From assembly GCA_002328825.1 (NCBI GenBank), contig DCWI01000097.1:1-60587 (forward strand): a stretch of DNA of 60,587 bases, written 5' to 3'. The position numbers were made by a program, and so were the translations under genes. Positions 39,003-49,075 of the stretch are shown one piece after another. The notes beneath the pieces were generated by a model. It had not been told where the DNA came from. It searched no databases and saw only the letters and a program-made list of their open reading frames with translations. The number at the start of each line of letters is the position of its first letter. Position 1 is the first letter of the stretch. The stretch comes from Nitrospiraceae bacterium UBA2166. Lineage in GTDB: Bacteria; Nitrospirota; Nitrospiria; Nitrospirales; UBA2166.

Positions 39003-40823
39003 TTAGGTGTTAATTCGAAGCAAGGCCAAAAATGCTTTTTGCGGTATGGTAACGCGCCCTACTTGTTTCATGCGTTTTTTACCTTCTTTTTGCTTTGCCC
39101 ACAATTTTCGTTTACGCGTAATGTCTCCACCATAGCATTTTGCGGTCACATCTTTTCGAAGGGCTTTTACAGTTTCGCGTACAATAATTTTGTGCCCAAT
39201 GGCCGCTTGAATTGCGACTTCGTAAAGTTGCTGAGGTATCTCTTCCTTCATCCGTTCAGCAAGTCGTCGTGCACGAAACGATGCAACTTCGCGCGGAGCG
39301 ACAAATGATAGAGCATCAATCGATTCTCCGTTAACAAGAATATCTACTTTTACAACGTTAGCTAGTTGATATCCTGCAAACTCGTAGTCAAATGATGCGT
39401 ACCCTTGGGTGCAAGATTTTAACCGATCATAAAAATCAAGAACAATTTCGTTGAGCGGAAGCCGATAGGAAAGAAGAACACGACCAATGCCCGTGTAGGT
39501 AAGGCTATTCTGTGAGCCACGCCGTTCTTGGCACAACGCAAGGAGAGGCCCGATATAGGCCTCTGGTGTCATGATTGTTGCGTCCACATAGGGTTCCTCA
39601 ACACTCACCATATGATGAGGATCCGGTAATTTTGCTGGATTATCCACTTCAATAACCGAATTGTCAGTCAGTGTCACCTTATAGACAACAGTGGGCGTAG
39701 TGCTAATCAGATCAAGACCATATTCTCGTTCTAATCGCTCTTGAATAATTTCCATGTGAAGAAGACCAAGAAAACCACAGCGAAACCCAAAACCGAGGGC
39801 TAAAGAATTCTCTGGTTCATAACGAATCGAAGCATCATTGAGGCAAAGCTTTTCCAATGAATCTCTGAGGTCTTCAAAGTATTCAGTATCTGATGAGTAA
39901 AGGCCACAAAATACCATCGGTTTTGGTTCGCGATATCCTGGACAAGGAGTAGCCGTTGGACGAGCTGCTTCAGTCAAGGTATCTCCAATAGAGATATCCC
40001 CTACTTGCTTAATGCCACAAACAACATATCCAACTTCACCAGTATTAAGTGCAGCGGACTTCTCCCGTTTAGGGGTAAAAATCCCAACTTCACCGACGGT
40101 AAGAACTTTTCCCGTTGACACAACCTGCAATTTGAGTCCCGCTGTAATATTTCCATCAATGATTCGTGTCAAAACAAGCACCCCTTGATAATCGTCAAAC
40201 CACGAATCCATAATGATGGCCTTCAAGGGAGAATGCTCATTGCCTTGAGGTGGAGGGATTCGTGCGACAATTGCCTCAAGGACATCTTGGACTCCATCTC
40301 CTTGTTTTGCGCTTACCTGCAATGCATCGGAGGCATCAATTCCAATGACATCTTCAATCTGTCGCTTGGTTCCTTCGATATCAGCATTGGGCAGGTCGAT
40401 CTTGTTAAGGACGGAAAGCATTGCTAGATCGTGTTCCAAAGCTAGGGATGCGTTGGCAATCGTTTGGGCCTCGACGCCTTGGGCAACATCTACTAGAAGC
40501 AATACCCCTTCGCATGCCGCAAGACTTCGTGATACCTCATAGTTAAAATCTACATGCCCAGGGGTATCGATGAGATTGAGCTGGTAGCAGGTTCCGCTCT
40601 GTGCTCGATAGGTTGTTTGAACGGCACGTGCCTTTATGGTAATTCCACGTTCCCGTTCAAGGTCCATATCGTCGAGAAACTGCTCGCGATACTCGCGTGC
40701 AGTGATGGCGCCAGTAACCTCGAGTAATCTATCGGCGAGGGTTGATTTGCCATGATCGATATGTGCGATGATCGCAAAATTCCGGATGTGTTGCTGAATA
40801 TGATTTCTCCTAATGGCGTGCAA
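39003..40823 (-). CDS. lepA: translation elongation factor 4 (LepA)
   Basis: [18 protein letters not shown]1 motif, DTPGHVDF and the LepA-specific C-terminal domain. The start codon is ambiguous (see findings). Confidence 0.95.
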   Translation of the reverse strand: MHAIRRNHIQQHIRNFAIIAHIDHGKSTLADRLLEVTGAITAREYREQFLDDMDLERERGITIKARAVQTTYRAQSGTCYQLNLIDTPGHVDFNYEVSRSLAACEGVLLLVDVAQGVEAQTIANASLALEHDLAMLSVLNKIDLPNADIEGTKRQIEDVIGIDASDALQVSAKQGDGVQDVLEAIVARIPPPQGNEHSPLKAIIMDSWFDDYQGVLVLTRIIDGNITAGLKLQVVSTGKVLTVGEVGIFTPKREKSAALNTGEVGYVVCGIKQVGDISIGDTLTEAARPTATPCPGYREPKPMVFCGLYSSDTEYFEDLRDSLEKLCLNDASIRYEPENSLALGFGFRCGFLGLLHMEIIQERLEREYGLDLISTTPTVVYKVTLTDNSVIEVDNPAKLPDPHHMVSVEEPYVDATIMTPEAYIGPLLALCQERRGSQNSLTYTGIGRVLLSYRLPLNEIVLDFYDRLKSCTQGYASFDYEFAGYQLANVVKVDILVNGESIDALSFVAPREVASFRARRLAERMKEEIPQQLYEVAIQAAIGHKIIVRETVKALRKDVTAKCYGGDITRKRKLWAKQKEGKKRMKQVGRVTIPQKAFLALLRINT

Positions 40824-40853
40824 AATGGGGATTATATGCGGTCAGTGATTTCA

Positions 40854-40883
40854 TTGTCAAAAGAGTAAAACACCCTTTATAAT
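40854..40883 (+). promoter_or_regulatory. near-consensus promoter (TTGTCA-18 nt-TATAAT) ending 6 nt before the bioA ATG
   Basis: The hexamers were read directly, and there is no SD between the -10 element and the ATG at 40890. Confidence 0.4.
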
Positions 40884-40889
40884 TCCGGT

Positions 40890-42314
40890 ATGCCTCGTCA
40901 TCTTGCTAGTAAGATTCGTATTCATGGCCCCGCTGTGCGGCGGTCTTCAAAAAATACCACGAATCGCCTTCAGCGTGATGATCAGAAGTTCGTTTGGCAT
41001 CCATTTACTCAGATGGAAGAATGGATGCAAGAATCTCCTATCATTATTGAACGTGGCGATGGAAGACACCTTATCGATACTGAAGGCAACCGTTATTACG
41101 ACGGTGTTTCGTCACTTTGGGTCAATATTCATGGCCATCGAACTGCTGCACTTGACCAAGCCCTACGAACACAACTTGAAAAAATTGCCCATTCAACTCT
41201 CCTAGGGTTGGGTAACGTCCCTTCCATTGAATTGGCAAGACAACTTATCAAAATTTCCCCTCTAGGCCTCCAGAAGGTCTTCTATTCAGATAACGGTTCC
41301 ACAGCGATGGAGATTGCTATGAAATTGGCATTTCAATACTGGCAGCAACAAGGCCGTCAATTCCGTCGAAAAAGGAAGTTCATCTCTTTTGATATGGCCT
41401 ATCACGGAGATTCTCTGGGTACCGTCAGCCTCAGTGGAATTTCACTTTTTCATAAGACATACAAGCCGCTCCTATTTAGAACTTTTAAAGCTGATCCTCC
41501 CTACTGTTACCGGTGTCCACTTCAGTTGCGCCACCCAACTTGCTATCTCGCATGTCTTCACCCAATTGAATCAACCCTGAGAGAGCACCATCAGAGCATT
41601 GCAGCATTGGTCATTGAACCTATGATTCAAGGTGTCGGCGGGATGATTACAAGCCCAAAAGGATATTTGCGAGCAATACGTGAGTTGTGCACTCGTTACA
41701 ATGTCTTACTGATTGCTGATGAGGTTGCAACTGGCTTTGGGCGCACCGGAAAGATGTTCGCATGTGAGCATGAGAGCGTAACTCCTGATTTTATGGCAGT
41801 AAGCAAAGGGTTAACTGGTGGATATATGCCACTTGCAGCGACATTAACTACTCAAGAGATATATGATGGATTTCTAGGGGCCTACGATGATTTCAAGACA
41901 TTTTTCCATGGCCACAGTTATACCGGAAATCCTCTTGGATGTGCGGTTGCATTAGCTAATCTAAAGCTTTTTAGACGAACAAAACTTCTTCAAATATTGC
42001 CACAGAAAGTTCGCACTTTTGAAGTAGCGCTACGGGCACTGAAATCTCTTGCACATGTTGGACAGGTCAGGCAGATCGGTCTTATGGCAGGGATAGAGTT
42101 GATTCAAAATAAAAAAACTAAGCAACCGTATCCCCTCGAAGACAGAATCGGACATCGCATAGCCATGGAAACCCGAGGTCAGGGACTGATTATCCGCCCG
42201 AGCGGGAATATTCTTATCCTGATGCCTCCACTGACAGCTACTCATAATGAACTTCAAGTGATGGTTGACATTGTAAAATCTGCTATCCAATCCGTTACAC
42301 GATTTCAGTGTTGA
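40890..42314 (+). CDS. bioA: adenosylmethionine-8-amino-7-oxononanoate aminotransferase
   Basis: Class-III aminotransferase with the FVWHPFTQM BioA N-terminal motif and PLP-lysine region FMAVSKGLTGGYMPL. Confidence 0.9.
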   Translation: MPRHLASKIRIHGPAVRRSSKNTTNRLQRDDQKFVWHPFTQMEEWMQESPIIIERGDGRHLIDTEGNRYYDGVSSLWVNIHGHRTAALDQALRTQLEKIAHSTLLGLGNVPSIELARQLIKISPLGLQKVFYSDNGSTAMEIAMKLAFQYWQQQGRQFRRKRKFISFDMAYHGDSLGTVSLSGISLFHKTYKPLLFRTFKADPPYCYRCPLQLRHPTCYLACLHPIESTLREHHQSIAALVIEPMIQGVGGMITSPKGYLRAIRELCTRYNVLLIADEVATGFGRTGKMFACEHESVTPDFMAVSKGLTGGYMPLAATLTTQEIYDGFLGAYDDFKTFFHGHSYTGNPLGCAVALANLKLFRRTKLLQILPQKVRTFEVALRALKSLAHVGQVRQIGLMAGIELIQNKKTKQPYPLEDRIGHRIAMETRGQGLIIRPSGNILILMPPLTATHNELQVMVDIVKSAIQSVTRFQC

Positions 42315-42501
42315 CCCATCGATTTTTTGTTAGCAACAGAATGTTAGGTGATGATGGTCCTGGCTTCATCGTGTTCAAGTGCCGATGAGAAATTACGCGG
42401 TAGTGGAATAGTTTTGGATGGCCCCATCGATAAAACCGTAATTCTATGCCTAGAATTCTCCATTGAATTCCAATCCAGTAATCTGATATAGCACAACTAC
42501 T

Positions 42502-42981
42502 CTATATGACGAAGTTGATGTTCAGGATTTCATAGGTCACGGTTTTGCTCGGTGTAATGACCTCGACTTCCTCTCCAATGCGGTGCCCAATCAGAGCACG
42601 TCCCACTGGCGATTGAACGGAAATTTTCCCTTCCTTAAAATTGCTTTCTTCTTGTCCTACGAGCGTATAGCAATATTTCGTGTTGGTTGTGATATCTCGA
42701 AGATCAACCGTTGCGCCAAATACAATCTTGTCCTTGGGGCCTTTGCTCGGATCAATAATTTCAAGTTCCCCAAGCTTTGCTTGAAGCATCTGAATCTTCC
42801 CTTCAATGAAACTTTGTTTGTCCTTTGCAGCTTCATATTCAGCATTTTCGGAAAGATCTCCGTGAGAGCGAGCTTCTGCAATGGCTTTGATCACACTTGG
42901 TCGTTCCTTCTTAATGAGCTGCTCTAGCTCTGCTTGCAACATTTCGTAGCCTTTTTTCGTAATGGGTGCTTTCATATTCAA
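42502..42981 (-). CDS. greA: transcription elongation factor GreA
   Basis: N-terminal coiled-coil (ARSHGDLSENAEYEAAK) and a C-terminal FKBP-like domain. AAGGAG SD upstream. Confidence 0.95.
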   Translation of the reverse strand: MNMKAPITKKGYEMLQAELEQLIKKERPSVIKAIAEARSHGDLSENAEYEAAKDKQSFIEGKIQMLQAKLGELEIIDPSKGPKDKIVFGATVDLRDITTNTKYCYTLVGQEESNFKEGKISVQSPVGRALIGHRIGEEVEVITPSKTVTYEILNINFVI

Positions 42982-43190
42982 TGGACTCCTTCTATTCAGT
43001 AATAAAGTTAGGATCTCAGTATAGTAAGATTATTTTTTCCGCAAAATTGTTCACTAAAATGAGGCCTATTTTCTATCGGACTAGATAAAAGTACCATTGG
43101 AAGTTAGATTTTTAAAGTACAGAATACTCTTTATTTGCTATGGCCAGTATGCTCAATCAAAGGATCGCATAGTAAATAAAATCAGAATGA

Positions 43191-44504
43191 CTATATTATA
43201 TGCTGTGATCCCGCAGCGTGGATTCCATCCTTTTCTCGTACGGTCCATAGTATTACCAAACCTATGAGAAAGAATCCCGCCATGGAAAGTGCTGCCGGAC
43301 GTTGGCTGCCTGCCATCGTGGTGATTTGACCGTAGATCAGTGGCCCTATTATTGCCGCAAATTTCCCGCTAACAGAGAAAAATCCAAAAAACTCTCCAAC
43401 TTTGTCACGAGGCGTAAAGTATCCAATGAGGGTTCGACTTGCAGATTGGTTTGATCCCAGTGCAACTCCAGCAATCAATCCCAAAATATAGAATTGCACG
43501 GCAGTTTGAACAAAGTAGGCTCCAAGAGCTACTCCAACCCAGATTATCAAAGTGGCCATAATTGGTTTTCGTGGCCCAACCCGATCGACAATTATTCCAA
43601 AAACGTATGCGCCAAAAGCTGCAGCAAGCTGGACAATGAGAAAGTAGAGAATTAGTTCCGCTGGGGTAAATTCTAGCACTCTGCTCGCAAAAATACCTGC
43701 AAATAGAATGACAGTATTTATGCCGTCAGTGTAGATGAGGTAGGCAATCAGGTACTTAAACAGCTCTTTATATCGTGTAATTTCACTATAGGTTCGTCGT
43801 AGCCGTTGGAAGCCGATAGTCCAAAGAGATTCTTCTGTAACAAACGAATATGAAATTGCCCGTTCCTTTAGATAGAGAAAGAGAGGTAGGCTGGCAAGGG
43901 AAAAAAATAGGGCGGTCATCACAAAGCTAAGTCGATAGTTGAGGAGATTCTCTGCTCCCAATCCTCCCTCAAGCAGTGGGTAGGCAAGTGCTAGCGCGCA
44001 AATCCCCCCAACATACCCTAAACCCCAACCATAGCCGGAAATTCGCCCAATATTTGATCTAGTTGAGATTTCGACCAGAAATGCGCTATAGAGCACAAAC
44101 CCGAGATCAAAACCAATGTTGGCTAAGCCAAAGACAATAAGGCCAAACCAGATATCTCCTGAGGTGACAAAATACAGACTTGCCGTGCTAATAACACAGA
44201 GTGCTGTGCAACATCCTAACAAAGGTTTTTTCGTGGCCGTTGCATCAGCTGTTGCTCCTAAAATTGGAGAACACAGCGCGACCAGAAACATCGAACACGC
44301 ATATCCCCAACTCCAGAGCTGTTCGGGGCTGTACTCCGATGTGCTCGCGACAATCTGCACAAAATAGACACTGTACCCAAGAGTAAGAATCAAAATTGCA
44401 AACGAGGAGTTAGCAAAGTCAAAAAAACACCATGACAGGATCTCACGACGAGTAACTGGTTCGTTTTTATTGCTGCAGGGAGAATCGAATGCTGAGCACA
44501 TCAC
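43191..44504 (-). CDS. MFS transporter, UMF1/Atg22-like family
   Basis: About 12 TM segments, with the N-terminal SWCFFDFANSSF motif typical of the UMF1 family. Confidence 0.85.
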   Translation of the reverse strand: MMCSAFDSPCSNKNEPVTRREILSWCFFDFANSSFAILILTLGYSVYFVQIVASTSEYSPEQLWSWGYACSMFLVALCSPILGATADATATKKPLLGCCTALCVISTASLYFVTSGDIWFGLIVFGLANIGFDLGFVLYSAFLVEISTRSNIGRISGYGWGLGYVGGICALALAYPLLEGGLGAENLLNYRLSFVMTALFFSLASLPLFLYLKERAISYSFVTEESLWTIGFQRLRRTYSEITRYKELFKYLIAYLIYTDGINTVILFAGIFASRVLEFTPAELILYFLIVQLAAAFGAYVFGIIVDRVGPRKPIMATLIIWVGVALGAYFVQTAVQFYILGLIAGVALGSNQSASRTLIGYFTPRDKVGEFFGFFSVSGKFAAIIGPLIYGQITTMAGSQRPAALSMAGFFLIGLVILWTVREKDGIHAAGSQHII

Positions 44505-44506
44505 TG

Positions 44507-45607
44507 TTACGAGGAATGCAATGACAACGCAGAAGACCTAGATTTCACAGTGTCAATGATTTGTTTGTGTGCGGCAATTCCCACTATCTTTGTTACCTTC
44601 TCAGGATCTGCAGGGGCATGCGGAAAGACATATTGTGTTTTGAAGTCAATAATACGCTTGAATGACTCGTTGATTCGTGATAGTGCAATGCGTCCATTGA
44701 TTGTTGCTTTATAGACAGCATCCATAGCAGCGACCTGCTTCTCGCTATTATGGCAAATGAGTAAGTGATCTGTGCCAGCTTTAATCGCGATAATAGCGGC
44801 CTCTTGAATCTCTGTGTGATCAGTGATCGCCTTCATCTCAAGATCATCGCTAAAGATGAGGCCATTAAATAGAAGCTTTTCGCGAAGAAGTCTTGTTTGA
44901 ATTAATTGTGACAAACTCGCCGGATAGAGCTGGTCAAGCTGTGGATATTGTACATGGGCGGTCATGATCGCAGGAAGACCTTTTGCAATAAGAGTCTGGA
45001 AAGGACGACATTCACGTTCTCTCAGTTGCTCTGCTGAGAGAGAGACTATCGGAAGCTCATGATGCGAATCCACATTGGTATCGCCATGTCCAGGAAAGTG
45101 TTTTCCACATGGCATAATTCCTTGTTCCTGATATGCTCTAATTGTTGCCCACCCTAAACGAGACACTATATTTGGATTGGCCCCAAAACTCCGTTCACTG
45201 ATGATAGGGTTATCAGAATTTGTGTTCAAATCAAGCACAGGAGCATAGTTGAGATTCACCCCTATTGCACTAAGTTCGCATGCACCAACTGATGCCACAG
45301 ATGTGACCAATTTTTCTGAGCCATGACGGCCAAGTTCACCACTACTTGGCAACGGAGTAAGGCCTCCAGAAAAACGAAACACGGTTCCACCCTCGTGGTC
45401 AATTGAGATCCAAAGAGGTGTTTCAGGAGAATGCTCCTGCAATTTGTTGGCAAGCATTGCAGCTTGAACATGATTGTCGAGGTTTCGCGCGAATAGAATG
45501 ACGCCGCCAGGCTTGTAGGAAGCGAGTATGTGAGCGAGGTCAGCTGAGACAGCAGTCCCTTGAAACCCAAGAATAAATAGCTGCCCAATTTTCGCTTTTA
45601 GATTCAC
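44507..45607 (-). CDS. nagZ: beta-N-acetylhexosaminidase (GH3, NagZ type)
   Basis: KHFPGHGDTNVDSH motif and IFSDDLEM. 366 aa, single domain. Confidence 0.9.
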   Translation of the reverse strand: MNLKAKIGQLFILGFQGTAVSADLAHILASYKPGGVILFARNLDNHVQAAMLANKLQEHSPETPLWISIDHEGGTVFRFSGGLTPLPSSGELGRHGSEKLVTSVASVGACELSAIGVNLNYAPVLDLNTNSDNPIISERSFGANPNIVSRLGWATIRAYQEQGIMPCGKHFPGHGDTNVDSHHELPIVSLSAEQLRERECRPFQTLIAKGLPAIMTAHVQYPQLDQLYPASLSQLIQTRLLREKLLFNGLIFSDDLEMKAITDHTEIQEAAIIAIKAGTDHLLICHNSEKQVAAMDAVYKATINGRIALSRINESFKRIIDFKTQYVFPHAPADPEKVTKIVGIAAHKQIIDTVKSRSSALSLHSS

Positions 45608-47181
45608 AAAGGTTTTCCTGCAAGGTCTTGCAGAAGTTCAATAATTAGTCGTGCTCCTATGCCTGTTGGGCCTTTGGGTATATATGGTCGTGCAGATTCT
45701 CCCCAATCTGTACCTGCTATATCAAGATGTACCCATGGGCAGCCGTCATCGACAAAATGACTAAGGAATGCCGCTGCTGTAATTGTTCCACCTCCTCGAC
45801 CACCAATATTGCGAACATCTGCGACATCGCTTTTAATTTGCTCTTTGTATTCGTCCCATAATGGAAGTTGCCACGCTCGTTCACCAATAAACTCTCCGAT
45901 TCGTTTGACACGATTGATAAGGGCATCATCGTTTCCTAATACCCCAATGGCGTGTCTTCCAAGTGCAACGAACACAGCTCCCGTAAGCGTGGCGATATCA
46001 ATGACCGCGGCAGGTTTATACCTCATCGCATAGGCTAAGCCATCGGCTAAAATAAGACGTCCTTCCGCATCGGTATTTAGGACTTCTATCGTTTTTCCAG
46101 AGAGGCTTGTTAGGATATCTCCTGGTTTTGTTGCCAAACCTCCAGGCATGTTTTCGGTTGCTGGAATAATTCCTACAACATTGAGTGGAAGTTTCAGTTT
46201 AGCAATCGCACGAATCGTTTGAAGAACAATGGCTCCCCCAGTCATATCAGCCTTCATCCGCTCCATATTTTCTGATGGTTTGAGCGAAATTCCTCCCGTA
46301 TCAAATGTAACCGCTTTTCCAACAAGTACGATGGGATTTGCGGTTCTTGGCACACCAGTGTATTCGAGCACGATAAATTGTGGGGGCTCGTGGCTTCCTC
46401 GTGCCACACCTAGATACGCACCCATCCCTAATTTCTTTGTTTTTACTCGATCCAAGATCGTGCATCGAATGCCTCGTGCTTTTGCGATCGTTCTTGCTTC
46501 TGATGCCAAAGCTGATGGTGTCAAAACATTGGATGGGTGATTACAGAGATCCCGAACGGAATTTACAGCTTCAGCTACAACGCAAGCTCGTTGGGCACCA
46601 GCTCGCATCATGCCTACTCCATTCTCTTCTCGAGTGAGCAGCGTAATTCCCCGAATAGGTTTTGGTGATTTTTCGCGACTCATTTGATAATACTTGAATT
46701 GGTAGAGTCCAAGGAGACATCCCTCGATCATAGCCTGACTTGTTATTTCCAAAGTCGTTCTGGCTATTCCTTGCTCCGGAGCCGCAAGAGTAAACGATGT
46801 AACCCCAAGTAACCGCATAGCTTTACTAACAGTTCCCATCGCTTGACGAATTGAATCAATCCGTACTTCTGTTTTCTTTCCAAGGCCAACAAGAACGATT
46901 CGCTTTGCGGGCAATTCCCCATTTATATGGAGAATTGAAACCTGATTGAGCTTTCCTTGAAATTCTCCGCTCCTAAGATGCGTCCGAAGACGTCCTCGTA
47001 GTACTTTATTTAGGTGCGCAATGGCTCCGTCAACTTTTCCGACATCTTGGTATCTTGACACGATGATAGCCTCAGTACGCTCTTTTTCGATAAGCCCCTT
47101 CTTGACTTTTACACTAGTTGACACAAGCTGCCCTCCATAAATGTTGTTGTAATGGCTTATGATCCGTTGTGTCTTAGACAC
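45604..47181 (-). CDS. pepA: leucyl aminopeptidase (M17)
   Basis: NTDAEGRLILAD signature and VGKAVTFDTGGISLKP. Confidence 0.93.
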   Translation of the reverse strand: MSKTQRIISHYNNIYGGQLVSTSVKVKKGLIEKERTEAIIVSRYQDVGKVDGAIAHLNKVLRGRLRTHLRSGEFQGKLNQVSILHINGELPAKRIVLVGLGKKTEVRIDSIRQAMGTVSKAMRLLGVTSFTLAAPEQGIARTTLEITSQAMIEGCLLGLYQFKYYQMSREKSPKPIRGITLLTREENGVGMMRAGAQRACVVAEAVNSVRDLCNHPSNVLTPSALASEARTIAKARGIRCTILDRVKTKKLGMGAYLGVARGSHEPPQFIVLEYTGVPRTANPIVLVGKAVTFDTGGISLKPSENMERMKADMTGGAIVLQTIRAIAKLKLPLNVVGIIPATENMPGGLATKPGDILTSLSGKTIEVLNTDAEGRLILADGLAYAMRYKPAAVIDIATLTGAVFVALGRHAIGVLGNDDALINRVKRIGEFIGERAWQLPLWDEYKEQIKSDVADVRNIGGRGGGTITAAAFLSHFVDDGCPWVHLDIAGTDWGESARPYIPKGPTGIGARLIIELLQDLAGKPL

Positions 47182-47812
47182 CTTTAGCTAGTGGACTCCA
47201 AATATATTTATGAATCTGTAGTTGAACTCGCACCTTCAAGCTGGATTGAAGGATCCAATCGCTCAGAATAGAAGGTTTTAAAACTCCAAAGACGGGCGAA
47301 AATAAGATTGGACAACGGCCATCAATTTCATACTGTTCAATTACTGAAATTGCCCAATCGTAGTCCGCCCGATCCGCAATAACAAATTTAACCTCATCTT
47401 TACACTGTAATGCGTTAATGTTTTCCCAGTTCATATATTTCGTCATTCCGCTTCCAGGACACTTCACGTCCATAATGACATGCGCTCGAGCATCGATCGG
47501 GGTAATATCAATAGTTCCGCTAGTTTCAATGAGCACCGTATTTCCATCGTTACATAAACGTTCAATAAGTGGGATTACTTCTGGCTTGTCAAGAGGCTCA
47601 CCTCCAGTAATTTCAACCAATACAGTCTTATAGCTGTGGATCCTTTCACAGATATGGTCGATCGTCATATCTGTGCCCCCATAAAAAGCGTATGCCGTAT
47701 CGCACCATGAGCAGCGAAGTGAACAACCCGTAAGACGAACAAAGACACACGGAAGGCCAACATATGTTGACTCTCCTTGAATGCTACAATAAATCTCTTC
47801 AACCTTCATCAT
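47174..47812 (-). CDS. queE: 7-carboxy-7-deazaguanine synthase (radical SAM)
   Basis: EIYCSIQGEST...RLTGCSLRCSWCDT cluster motif in a 212-aa protein. Confidence 0.9.
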   Translation of the reverse strand: MMKVEEIYCSIQGESTYVGLPCVFVRLTGCSLRCSWCDTAYAFYGGTDMTIDHICERIHSYKTVLVEITGGEPLDKPEVIPLIERLCNDGNTVLIETSGTIDITPIDARAHVIMDVKCPGSGMTKYMNWENINALQCKDEVKFVIADRADYDWAISVIEQYEIDGRCPILFSPVFGVLKPSILSDWILQSSLKVRVQLQIHKYIWSPLAKGV

Positions 47813-47941
47813 GTTGAAAAACTCCGAGAGGTTTGCAATCAGTGCGCCTTAGTGGATTCAACTACATTCTTGTTCAGCTTTGAGTGCAACAATTTTCACA
47901 TCCCAATGGCTTGAATGATACAGAAGAAATATTAGTGTGAG

Positions 47942-48886
47942 TCACTCTTGAGAAGCATTTTTTCTCGCGATCTCAACATTGCGTTGCAGCCCTTCGTGTT
48001 TTGTTCGTTTCAGAGCACTCTTTTTAAATGTTGCTTGAAATTCTGACAGCGTTTGGTGCGCTAGTTTTTTAAGATCTGGGCTGAGGGCATAGGCACGAGG
48101 TGCAAATGCACGTTCAGATGTTGGGGTTGCATGCTCATTATATGGGCAAATATCAAGACAATCGTCACAGCCAAAAATTCGATTTCCGATGTTAGAATGG
48201 TAGAGATCTGGGATGGGACCACGATGTTCAATAGTTAAATATGAAATACATTTTGTTGCGTCAAGTACGTAGGGTTCAGGAATGGCGTCTGTAGGACAAA
48301 TCTCAATACACAATCGACATGCCCCACATTGATCACGAGCAGGAATATCAGGTTCCAAATTAATGGTGAGCAGAACCTCGCCTAAGAGAAGCCAAGATCC
48401 GTAATCTGCTGAAACTAAATTTGAATGCTTCCCAATCCACCCAATGCCAGCACGTTGTGCCCATGCTTTTTCAAGAATCGGTCCGGTGTCAACATAGGCG
48501 AGAGATTCACACTGCACGCCCTCTTTTTTTGCCTCTGCACTGATCCAAGTTGCAAGTTGACGAACCCAGTTAGTGATTACGTAATGATAGTCATCTCCCC
48601 ATGCATAGCGTGAAATGCGCCCTTTCCCTTTAGTTTCTTGCGGAGTATTATTTGTATAGTAGTTTACGGCGACTGACACGACTGACTGGACATCGGGCAA
48701 TACATTCTTTATGTCCCCTCTCTTGCTGGCTGTCCGTTCCATCCAATGCATCTCTCCATGAAACCCTCGGCTAAGCCAGGCACGAAACTGGTCTTCTGCT
48801 TCTCCATCCGACTCGACTCGACTAATCCCAACTTGAGTAAACCCGAGAGAGTAGGCCTTGTTTTTAATACGTTCCTTGAAGGTCAT
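47942..48886 (-). CDS. queG: epoxyqueuosine reductase
   Basis: Two ferredoxin-type Cys clusters (CGACRLCIEICP, CDDCLDICP) within QueG-type flanking sequence. Confidence 0.9.
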   Translation of the reverse strand: MTFKERIKNKAYSLGFTQVGISRVESDGEAEDQFRAWLSRGFHGEMHWMERTASKRGDIKNVLPDVQSVVSVAVNYYTNNTPQETKGKGRISRYAWGDDYHYVITNWVRQLATWISAEAKKEGVQCESLAYVDTGPILEKAWAQRAGIGWIGKHSNLVSADYGSWLLLGEVLLTINLEPDIPARDQCGACRLCIEICPTDAIPEPYVLDATKCISYLTIEHRGPIPDLYHSNIGNRIFGCDDCLDICPYNEHATPTSERAFAPRAYALSPDLKKLAHQTLSEFQATFKKSALKRTKHEGLQRNVEIARKNASQE

Positions 48887-49075
48887 AATTCAAACTCTGA
48901 TGTCATATATTCAGATAGAGAGTGAAACGTCACCACACTCTCAAAAACAAGTAATCCTACTAAATGCAATTAAGTCCATGGCAACAGAGCACTCTTTAAT
49001 TCAATTTTGCTCTAGCTAATAATCGTACGTTTCGACACAGTTTTCCAATATAATCTCTTTTATCTATCCGTACCA

